From: a candidate division FCPU426 bacterium
GTDB lineage: Bacteria; Oederibacteriota; Muellerivitia; Muellerivitales; Muellerivitaceae
Length of the DNA stretch: 64,000 nt
Reading direction: 5' to 3'
Assembly (NCBI GenBank): GCA_963719085.1
Contig: CAVRAL010000004.1
Span: forward strand, 992,001 to 1,056,000
The notes beneath the pieces were generated by a model. It searched no databases. It had not been told where the DNA came from and saw only the letters and a program-made list of their open reading frames with translations. The position numbers and the translations under genes are program-made. Positions within the stretch are counted from its first letter, which is position 1. The number at the start of each line of letters is the position of its first letter. Shown piece after piece: positions 27,916 to 36,202 of this stretch.

Positions 27916-30753
27916 GTGATGAACTGGTTTGGCCCCGCTCGAAGGATCTCGATCATCTTTTCTTGTGTTCTGTCATTGGGCGCCGGTTCCGTATGGGCCG
28001 GTTCATTACCGGCCTTTCCCGGGGCGCAAGGGTTTGGCGCCACGGCCACGGGTGGCCGCGGCGGGACGGTCTACCACGTCACCAACCTGAATGATTCGGG
28101 CGCGGGATCTTTCCGCGACGCGGTCAGCGCTGGAAACCGCGTAGTGGTCTTCGATGTCGGCGGCTACATCGTCCTCAAATCGGCGGTTTCGCTGAGCAGT
28201 AACCTCACGATTGAGGGCCAGACGGCCCCGGGCGGGGGCATCGGCCTCATGGCGGGCGAAGCGTCGCTGAGCGGAAAAACCAATATCATCATCCGCAATG
28301 TTCGTTTTCGCCAAGGCAACGAGGATCCCGATGCCGGCAAAAGCGCCTTCAATATGGGGAATGGGAGCGATATTATCCTGGATCATTGCTCGTTTGAATA
28401 CGGGCAGTGGGACAGTGTGGACGCCGTCGGCACGGTCAATTTCACCGTGCAAAATTGCATCATCGCCGATCCCATCGGCCAGCAATTCGGCGCGCATGTG
28501 GAAGTCGGCCCCGGCACCTTCTACCGAAATCTCTGGGTCAACGCCCATAACCGACAACCCTTAGCCAAATCCGACACTCAGTACATCAATAACGTCATCT
28601 ACGATTACCAGGCGGCATATACCACGGCCAACACAGGCGGGGCCTTTTCCCACGACATTGTGGGCAACTATTTCATTACCGGACCCAGAACCACCAGCAC
28701 GGGTGACACCTACTACCAGGTCGACGCCAACCAAAGCGCCTACGCCGCCGGCAATTACCTGGACAGCAACCGGGACGGCGTTCTCAATGGGTCGCCCTAC
28801 AACACCGTGGGCAGCGCCGCCGTCCTTAGCGCGCCTTGGGCGCCCACCACCTCGTCCATTCCCACGCTGAGCGCGGTCCCCGCGTCTGATTGCCAGACGG
28901 GCGTCTATGCCAGCGTGACCGAATCCTGCGGCGCTTTTCCGCGCGACGCGGTTGACAATTTTGTGCTCGGTGACGTGGGCTCTCTGGGACTCACGGGAAC
29001 GATTTACACGAATCAGGCCAGCACCGGCTTGGCGAACAACGGCTACGGAACCTTGGCCGGCGGAACACCATTCGCGGACACCAGCGGAGACGGCATTGCC
29101 GATTACTGGGCCCAGGCCAACGGAATCAGCGCCACTAATTCGGCGGCTGGTGCCGCCATTTATGGGACGAGCGGTTACACCAATCTGGAGGTCTACGCGA
29201 ACAGCTTGGTATTGCCTGCGCCTTGGGTCGGGGGGGATCTTCCGGGCACGCCGATCCAGGGCGCGAGTTCCTACAATTCATTCACCAACCAGTGGCTGTT
29301 GACGGGAAGCGGCACCGCTTCCTCATCGGCTATCACGCAGGGACAGTTCGCGTCCCAACCCTGGACGGCGGACGGCATCCTGGGAGCGGAACTGTTGAGC
29401 CTCGCGGGTTCCGCCGCCGAGGGCGGGCTTTTGTTGAGGAGCGGGACAGGCCCCGGAACCGCTTACGTTGCCTTGGCCCAAAGCGGATCGGGTACTTTGT
29501 TCTTCATTTGGCAGAGCGCGGGTGGAAGTCCGCAAAGCGTTCAAGTAAGCCATGCCCTGTCGACGATCTATTTGGAAATCATCGCCGCTGCTGGATCTTA
29601 CGCGGGTTACTACAGTACCAATGGGACGACTTACACCTTGTTGGGAAAAGCGAATGTCAGTTTAGGCTCCGGAACCCAGGCGGGCCTGGTGTTGGCCTCG
29701 GGAAACGCGACGGCGCTTGGGACAGCTTCTTTTACCAATCTGGGCATTAGTTTTTCAGGCTGTGCCACACCGACTCCCGTCAGCGCGGGCCCGACTCCGT
29801 CGCCGACCGCGACGCCCACCCGCACAAGTACGTTCACAGCGACGCCTACGAAGACCCTCACCCGCACCGCCACGGCGACGCTGACGCCAACCCATACCGT
29901 CAGCGCGACGCCGACAAAGACCTCAACCCCGACCGCCACCAGAACGCCAACGGCAACCGCGACCAAGACAATGTCTCCAACAGCGACTTTGACCGTTTCT
30001 TTAACCCCGACTATGACGACGACTAAAAGCCCAACGAAGACTCCAACTGTTACTTTGACGGCAAGTCCGACCGTGACGCTTACCTTAACGCCCAGCCTAA
30101 CCACGTCCTCTACGCCGACGAAAACCGCGACTAGGACGGTGACTTCGACGGCATCCCCCACGGGGACGGTGACAAAAACACAAACGCCGGTTTCTTCGGC
30201 GACGGTGGCCGACAGTTTTACTTCAACTCCTTCCGCCACCGCTTCGCCCACTCGGACTTCCTCTTCAACTCCGACTCCAACCGCGACATTGACCAGCACG
30301 ACGACCGCGAGCTTTACTCTGACGCAAACCCCGGTCTTTACCCAGACGTCTACTCCGACCTTTACACAGACCCTAACCCCGACCGCCAGCCCGACGGAAA
30401 CCTTGTCCCTGACGCCAACGCCAACTGTGATCTTACCCGCCACCGCCACGCCGACCTTGGGGCAGGGTCCTCCTATCACGACGCCCATTCCTTTCCCCAA
30501 CCCGGCGCCGGGTTCGACGGTGACGATTTCTTTCACGCTGCGGGATAACTCGCCTTGGCTCCACATCGAAATTTTCACCACGGCCTTCCGCAAGGTGAAT
30601 CAGGTCGATCTGTCAAACCTGTCGGCGGGCGCCCAGCTTGTTTCCATTCCATTGACCGATGGCCATGGAGCGCCCCTGGCTAACGGTGTTTATTACATCG
30701 TCGTCGTGAACCAACAAAGTAGGGCCATTGGGAAACTCTTAATTATCAAATAA
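27916..30753 (+). CDS. Secreted pectate lyase (PL1) + beta-sandwich domain + Thr/Pro linker + CTD
   Basis: AFPGAQGFGA.ATGGRGG.VYHVTNLNDSG.GSFRDA, GQTAPGGG, ILDHCS, HNRQP, GYTNLEVYANSL. Confidence 0.88.
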   Translation: MMNWFGPARRISIIFSCVLSLGAGSVWAGSLPAFPGAQGFGATATGGRGGTVYHVTNLNDSGAGSFRDAVSAGNRVVVFDVGGYIVLKSAVSLSSNLTIEGQTAPGGGIGLMAGEASLSGKTNIIIRNVRFRQGNEDPDAGKSAFNMGNGSDIILDHCSFEYGQWDSVDAVGTVNFTVQNCIIADPIGQQFGAHVEVGPGTFYRNLWVNAHNRQPLAKSDTQYINNVIYDYQAAYTTANTGGAFSHDIVGNYFITGPRTTSTGDTYYQVDANQSAYAAGNYLDSNRDGVLNGSPYNTVGSAAVLSAPWAPTTSSIPTLSAVPASDCQTGVYASVTESCGAFPRDAVDNFVLGDVGSLGLTGTIYTNQASTGLANNGYGTLAGGTPFADTSGDGIADYWAQANGISATNSAAGAAIYGTSGYTNLEVYANSLVLPAPWVGGDLPGTPIQGASSYNSFTNQWLLTGSGTASSSAITQGQFASQPWTADGILGAELLSLAGSAAEGGLLLRSGTGPGTAYVALAQSGSGTLFFIWQSAGGSPQSVQVSHALSTIYLEIIAAAGSYAGYYSTNGTTYTLLGKANVSLGSGTQAGLVLASGNATALGTASFTNLGISFSGCATPTPVSAGPTPSPTATPTRTSTFTATPTKTLTRTATATLTPTHTVSATPTKTSTPTATRTPTATATKTMSPTATLTVSLTPTMTTTKSPTKTPTVTLTASPTVTLTLTPSLTTSSTPTKTATRTVTSTASPTGTVTKTQTPVSSATVADSFTSTPSATASPTRTSSSTPTPTATLTSTTTASFTLTQTPVFTQTSTPTFTQTLTPTASPTETLSLTPTPTVILPATATPTLGQGPPITTPIPFPNPAPGSTVTISFTLRDNSPWLHIEIFTTAFRKVNQVDLSNLSAGAQLVSIPLTDGHGAPLANGVYYIVVVNQQSRAIGKLLIIK
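30466..30753 (+). repeat. CTD block homologous to 33818-34105 (older duplication, many synonymous differences)
   Basis: Both blocks are 288 bp and encode GPPITTPIPFPNPAPGSTVT..LRDNSPW.HIEIFTTAFRKVNQVDLSN..GKLLI.K. Confidence 0.85.
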
Positions 30754-30901
30754 AACCGGTTCAATGAGATTCGGTTATTGGTCATCGCCTTCTTATAAAG
30801 AAACCTTAAAGAAGCTCAAGATGAGCTTTTTAAGCTTTTTTTAAGGCTATCATTCTTTCAACGACTGAAATCGTTTTTGAATTCTAGATAGCTTCGGGCC
30901 C

Positions 30902-33900
30902 TTGAAGAGGATCTCGTTGAGACTAAAAAACAACAAATTTATTCACGGTTTAACGCTGGCGGGCCGGCTTTTGACTTTCTTCTTTATCGGGATTGTCTCA
31001 GCTCACGCCAACGTGCCCGGCGGCGGCACCGGCACCGGCGCCAATGTGACCGTCACCGACAACGGCGGGACCGTGGTTCTCGCGAACGGCATTGTTTCCT
31101 TCACGATCAATAAGACCAGCGGTAATATTTCCAACTTCACTTATAACGGCACCAACCTTCTGGCTGGCGGCAACGGCGGAGGGTCCTTTTATTTCGACGG
31201 TTCCGGCGGGCCCGGTCTGACGAACACCGTCTATACGTTGACTGTGAATCCCGCCAACAACGGCGGCAACCAAGCGGAAGTGTGGCTTCAATCAACGGCC
31301 AGTCCCATGGACATGGCCGTCTATTACGATTTGCTTCGCGGACAACAGGGCATCTACGATACGGTGATCTTTACCCACCAGACCGGTTATCCGGACTACC
31401 CCGGCGCCGAACTGCGTTCCAATATGTATGTGGGCTCCATCTTCGATTGGTTGTGCGTGGATCCTTACCGTTTCCGACAAATGGCTCCTCCCAATACCGC
31501 GGTGACCACGGTGGCCGGAGCACCGCCGGAAGTGATGCAATACACCGCCGGGCCCTATAACGGACTGACGAATTGCAAATATTCCTACAGCTCTCCCCTG
31601 GGCCGGCTCGATACCTGGGGTTGGGCCTCCTCGACCTCGAAATACGGCGTTTGGCAAACCGTTCCCAGCCACGAATACTATGACGGCGGCCCCATGCATC
31701 GGGAACTCACCGAACATATCGGAAACACGCTCTTGAATATGTTTGGAGGCGGCCATTATGGATTCGGTTCGGACGGGGATGAGCCCGCCGGCAGTTTCGT
31801 CTCCAAGACCATCGGTCCCGCTTTCATTTACGCCAACCAGTACACGGGTCCGGCCAGTGATCCCGTTTCTCTCAAGGCCCGGGTCCTTTGGGCCGACGCG
31901 CAGGCGCAGGCCCAAGCGGAACAATCGGCCTGGCCCTACACTTGGTTCAATCCCCAGCCGGTGACCGGAGCGACCGGTACGGTTTATCCCCAGGCCGCCG
32001 CCCGCGGGACGGTGAGTGGAACTCTGGCGATTAACGATCCTTACAATCCCGGAACTTCGCCGGTGAGTCTATGGATTGGTTTGGCCCCGGTCGATGGCGG
32101 GGTCGATTTCCAGAATCAGTACCTGACCTCCCAGTTTTGGGTCAGGACCGGCGCCGGCGGCAGTTTCACCATCCCGAACATTTTGCCCGGCACTTATAAT
32201 TTGTGGGCCTTTGGACCCGGCGTGGTGGGAACTTTTGAAAAAGCCAATGTCACCGTGGTGGCGGGATCTTCCTCGCTGGGGACCTTGACTTGGTCGCCTT
32301 TGCGTTTGGGACCCACGGTTTGGGAAATCGGGACACCCGATCGAGACTCCAACGAATTCAACAATGGGGAACACCAATCGACGCCTTATAGCGGTGTCTT
32401 GCCGGCCTACGCAGGCGGTCCGCCTTATGATGTTCCGGCGGCCTGGGGCGCGTTCATGGGCTATCCGACCCAATATCCCAACGGGGTCAGCTTCGTGGTG
32501 GGGACGAGCGACCCCGGCACCGACTGGAACTATTGCCAGCCAACCATCCCTTCCGGGACCACTTACGCCGGGACGACATCCAAGATCTTTTTCAATTTGG
32601 CGACCGCGCCCACGGCGGTCCAAAATGCCCGGCTTTATATCGCTTTCGCCTCCGCCTTCAGCTCCGCCTGTATCCTCACGATCAACGGGACCGTCCAAAC
32701 CGCCTCCCTCATGGGTTCCACGGACGGCAACTATGCCACGATTACCAACGCGACCACCGGCTTCTACCCGCCGAATGTTAGTTTTGACTCCATCCTGCGC
32801 TTGGGTTCGCAGGGAGCTTGGGGTGACGCTTACCTGAACTTCGCCGGAAATAAACTCAAGGCGGGTATGAACGAGATCGACATCGGCCTCAGGCCGACCG
32901 GCGGGGCAAGCCTGGGCGAAGGCTTTGAGTACGATTATCTGCGTCTAGAATTGACCGGTTATTCCGCCACCGTGACGCCCACACCGACGGCCGCCGCCGC
33001 GACGCAAACGCCGACAAAGACCGCAACTCCGACCGCCACCGCCACCGGAACGCAAACGGTAACCGCGACCAAGACAATGTCTCCGACGGCGACCTTGACC
33101 GCGTCTTCAACTCAGACGGCGACTAAAACCCTAACGAAGACGCCAACCGTTACTTTGACGGCAAGTCCGACCGTGACGCCAACCTTAACCAAGACGACGA
33201 CTTTAACTGCGACTCAGACCTTGACCGCGACGAAGACATCCACCGTCATGCCTACCCTAACCGCCTCGGCGTCCTCTACGCCGACGAAAACCGCGACCGT
33301 AACGTCAACGGTAACCGCGACTAAGACCGCGACTTCGCTTCCGACCTTGACGCCGACTGCCTCGCCTACGGCTTCGGCATCGCCTACGGCGGCGATTACC
33401 GACACGCCCACCCAAACCGCTTCGCCGGTCGCCACCGCGTCTTCGACCGCGACCAAGACGGCAACCTTAACCCAGACCATTACTTCGACGACAACTTCAA
33501 CTTTAACCATCACCCCGGCTTTCACGGCGACCGCGACATCGACAGTAACCCGGACTCAAACGCCGGTTCCTTCGGCGACAGTGACCGATACTTTTACCCC
33601 TACGCCTTCCGCCACCGCGTCGCCGACTCGTACCTACTCTTCAACTCCGTCCTTAACTCCAACTGTGACCCTCACTCGTACGATGACCGAAACCTTGACC
33701 CCGACGCCTAGCGCGACGGATACTTTTACCCAGACCCCTACTCCAACGGAAAGTTTCTCCCCAACCCCAACCCCAACCGTGATTTTGTCCGCCACTGCCA
33801 CGCCGACATTCAGTCAAGGTCCTCCGATCACCACGCCGATTCCTTTCCCGAATCCGGCACCGGGTAGCACGGTTACCCTTTCCTTCGCCCTTCGAGATAA

Positions 33901-34105
33901 CTCGCCTTGGGTGCATATTGAGATTTTCACCACGGCTTTCCGCAAGGTGAATCAGGTCGATCTATCCAACGTGTCGGCGGGACCGCAGCTTGTTTCTATT
34001 CCCTTGACCGACAGCCATGGATCGCCTTTGGCCAACGGCGTTTATTACATCGTTGTCGTGAACCAGCAGGGAAGGGCCATCGGTAAACTTCTGATATTGA
34101 AATAA
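30902..34105 (+). CDS. Secreted rhamnogalacturonan lyase (PL4-like), paralogue of 21494 gene; Thr/Pro linker + CTD, no CBM3
   Basis: Catalytic region closely similar to the 21494 product, e.g. identical PSHEYYDGGPMHRELTEHIGNTLLNMFGGGHYGFGSDGD. TTG start. Confidence 0.88.
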   Translation: MKRISLRLKNNKFIHGLTLAGRLLTFFFIGIVSAHANVPGGGTGTGANVTVTDNGGTVVLANGIVSFTINKTSGNISNFTYNGTNLLAGGNGGGSFYFDGSGGPGLTNTVYTLTVNPANNGGNQAEVWLQSTASPMDMAVYYDLLRGQQGIYDTVIFTHQTGYPDYPGAELRSNMYVGSIFDWLCVDPYRFRQMAPPNTAVTTVAGAPPEVMQYTAGPYNGLTNCKYSYSSPLGRLDTWGWASSTSKYGVWQTVPSHEYYDGGPMHRELTEHIGNTLLNMFGGGHYGFGSDGDEPAGSFVSKTIGPAFIYANQYTGPASDPVSLKARVLWADAQAQAQAEQSAWPYTWFNPQPVTGATGTVYPQAAARGTVSGTLAINDPYNPGTSPVSLWIGLAPVDGGVDFQNQYLTSQFWVRTGAGGSFTIPNILPGTYNLWAFGPGVVGTFEKANVTVVAGSSSLGTLTWSPLRLGPTVWEIGTPDRDSNEFNNGEHQSTPYSGVLPAYAGGPPYDVPAAWGAFMGYPTQYPNGVSFVVGTSDPGTDWNYCQPTIPSGTTYAGTTSKIFFNLATAPTAVQNARLYIAFASAFSSACILTINGTVQTASLMGSTDGNYATITNATTGFYPPNVSFDSILRLGSQGAWGDAYLNFAGNKLKAGMNEIDIGLRPTGGASLGEGFEYDYLRLELTGYSATVTPTPTAAAATQTPTKTATPTATATGTQTVTATKTMSPTATLTASSTQTATKTLTKTPTVTLTASPTVTPTLTKTTTLTATQTLTATKTSTVMPTLTASASSTPTKTATVTSTVTATKTATSLPTLTPTASPTASASPTAAITDTPTQTASPVATASSTATKTATLTQTITSTTTSTLTITPAFTATATSTVTRTQTPVPSATVTDTFTPTPSATASPTRTYSSTPSLTPTVTLTRTMTETLTPTPSATDTFTQTPTPTESFSPTPTPTVILSATATPTFSQGPPITTPIPFPNPAPGSTVTLSFALRDNSPWVHIEIFTTAFRKVNQVDLSNVSAGPQLVSIPLTDSHGSPLANGVYYIVVVNQQGRAIGKLLILK

Positions 34106-34172
34106 GGCTAAGCGGTTTTGGGACGGCTTAATTCCGATTCATTCCGGCCCTCGCCCGTGTTAATTTGAAACC

Positions 34173-36002
34173 ATGAAGAACCCCGCTCCCCCCTCAAATG
34201 ATCCGCTCGAGCCCCTTCACGCGCTGCGGGCTTTTGACAGTTTTAAGCCTTTTCATTCCGTCATTCATTACTACGTCGACCTGAGTTGTTTTCTTATCCC
34301 TTCGGCGGACGCGCATGGTTGGTGGGCGTTGAACCGCCGCAAAAGACCGGTGAGCTTCGCTGAAGTTGAGACTCAGTATGGCGACGCCCGGAAACGTTAC
34401 CGGTTCATCCAGGATTGTTTTAAAAAAGTCCAATCGACGGGGCAAACGGTTTTGGGCGAGAAGTTCGGCCTGGGCGATTTTTTTGTGCCGATTTTAAAAA
34501 AGAAAAAGCTGTTGGGTTACCTTCAGGCGGGAACCTTCGCCCCCGCTGAATTGACCGAGACTTCCTTGCGGGGCTGTTGGAAAGAATTAACGGGACGGGA
34601 AGCGTCCCCGGATCTTTTCGAGTTTCGGGATTTTGTCCGGGCTATGTTGGAAATGCCGGTTTTAGACGGACCGCTTCTATCGGCTTACCGGCAATGCCTG
34701 GAAATTTTCGCCGGGATTCTGACCGGGGAACAGGAGAGTGCCCCGGCCCAGAAAAAACTTTTGGGTCTTTTGAATGAGGTTATTTCCAAAGGATTGTCCC
34801 ATAGTTATTGGATGGACTGGGCGCTGGGCCGTCCCGCCGCCGAGCCGGTTCCTTACTGGAGCCGCCGGGTGGAAGAATGGGAATGGACCCGAAATGAAAT
34901 CGGCATTTCCCGAATCCCCACAACAGTTTTCGCCCTGATGCCGCAAAGGCCGGCGGGCCGGGCCACCGATTGGACCGAGGATGTGCTTCAAATTTACCGT
35001 TTGCAGCGGCAGGCCTTTCGATTCGCCCAAACGCTGCCCCAGACCGTCGGGGGGAGGCTGGAAAATTACGGGGCGGTTTTCGTCACGTCGGCGGACCCGG
35101 ATCAGCCGAGCCTCAAGCGCCGCCGCCATATTGAGGCGGTGATTCAACGGGTCAAGCGATTCGCCGAAAATGAGCTGGGCGGTCCGGTGCGGATCGGCGT
35201 GGGGGAAACGGTGGCCCCCGGGGAATTATTGGCCGAATCCTACCGGCAAGCCGTGTTGGCGCTTCATTTGGGCCGGGGCTCACGGGAAGATGTTTTGGTT
35301 TTCGCGGATCACAAGGCTCCCGCGGCCGCGGGCGATTTTTCCCAATTCCGCCGAACCCAGAGGCAGTTAGGCGAGGCCTTTGTTTCGGCCTCGCCCGCGG
35401 AAGTGGAGGCTTTGGAAGGCCGGTTTCTCCAGGAAGCGCTTCAACTCTCTTTCCAAAATCCGTTTGAGCTGCGGCGGCATTTTCAATACGCCCTGGATCG
35501 TATGGTGGACCGGCTGGATCAGAGAATCGGGCTGGCGGAAAAAGAGGCCGCGCAACTTCGCAAAAAATGGGTGGAAGGCTTGGAAAAGACCGTGACGCTT
35601 CAGGAAATGGTGAGCCTGTTCCGGGACGCGGTGGTGGATTTTCGAAACTCCATGGATCGTCCGTCCTTATTCCGGGAATCCAAAAGTCTTGAAAAGGCCA
35701 AGGCCCATATCGACCGAAAATTCCGAGAACCCTTGCGCGCCGATCAATTGGCCGAATTGGCGGGAGTTTCTCTGTCGACTTTCAGCCGCCGTTTCAAGCG
35801 GGCCACGGGCCTGGGCATGGAGATGTATGTCCAAAACCTCCGGGTGGCGGAGGCGAAGAAACTGCTTCGTTCCACTCGCCATTCGGTGGAGCGTGTGGGG
35901 CGGGCCTGCGGATTTAAATCCTCGTCCTATTTCATCCATCTGTTCAAAAAAAAGACCGGCCTTTCCCCCGAAAGGTACCGCAACAAACCAAGCCCTATTT
36001 AA
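34173..36002 (+). CDS. AraC-family regulator with PocR-like sensor and CdaR/GGDEF-like middle domain
   Basis: 'GLGDFFVPI..LLGYLQAG' (PocR-like), 'IGVGE..LAESYRQAVLAL', and C-terminal AraC HTH 'LAELAGVS..FSRRFK..CGFKSSSYFIHLFKKKTGLSP'. Confidence 0.88.
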   Translation: MKNPAPPSNDPLEPLHALRAFDSFKPFHSVIHYYVDLSCFLIPSADAHGWWALNRRKRPVSFAEVETQYGDARKRYRFIQDCFKKVQSTGQTVLGEKFGLGDFFVPILKKKKLLGYLQAGTFAPAELTETSLRGCWKELTGREASPDLFEFRDFVRAMLEMPVLDGPLLSAYRQCLEIFAGILTGEQESAPAQKKLLGLLNEVISKGLSHSYWMDWALGRPAAEPVPYWSRRVEEWEWTRNEIGISRIPTTVFALMPQRPAGRATDWTEDVLQIYRLQRQAFRFAQTLPQTVGGRLENYGAVFVTSADPDQPSLKRRRHIEAVIQRVKRFAENELGGPVRIGVGETVAPGELLAESYRQAVLALHLGRGSREDVLVFADHKAPAAAGDFSQFRRTQRQLGEAFVSASPAEVEALEGRFLQEALQLSFQNPFELRRHFQYALDRMVDRLDQRIGLAEKEAAQLRKKWVEGLEKTVTLQEMVSLFRDAVVDFRNSMDRPSLFRESKSLEKAKAHIDRKFREPLRADQLAELAGVSLSTFSRRFKRATGLGMEMYVQNLRVAEAKKLLRSTRHSVERVGRACGFKSSSYFIHLFKKKTGLSPERYRNKPSPI

Positions 36003-36042
36003 ACGAGAAAGCACCTTGTTGGACCGGTTGTTTTTAATCACG

Positions 36043-36059
36043 TGAAATAAAAAACAATT
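36043..36059 (+). promoter_or_regulatory. Candidate AraC-type site TGAAATAAAAAACAATT
   Basis: 15/17 match to 41024-41040, at the equivalent position after the paralogous AraC gene. Confidence 0.45.
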
Positions 36060-36181
36060 TTTTTGACGTTTTAGAGATATTCCGGGGAAGCGGGTTCCGG
36101 TTCCCTGGTTGGAACTGTGGGATACTTTCAAGGCGAAGAACTTTCGATTCTTTCGAAAGGGAACACTTTGCCTAACAACTG

Positions 36182-36198
36182 AAATCGTTTGAAGACGA
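36182..36198 (+). promoter_or_regulatory. Candidate LacI-family operator AAATCGTTTGAAGACGA
   Basis: Identical to 8976-8992 and 4 nt before the GH30 ATG. Confidence 0.5.
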
Positions 36199-36202
36199 GA
36201 CC

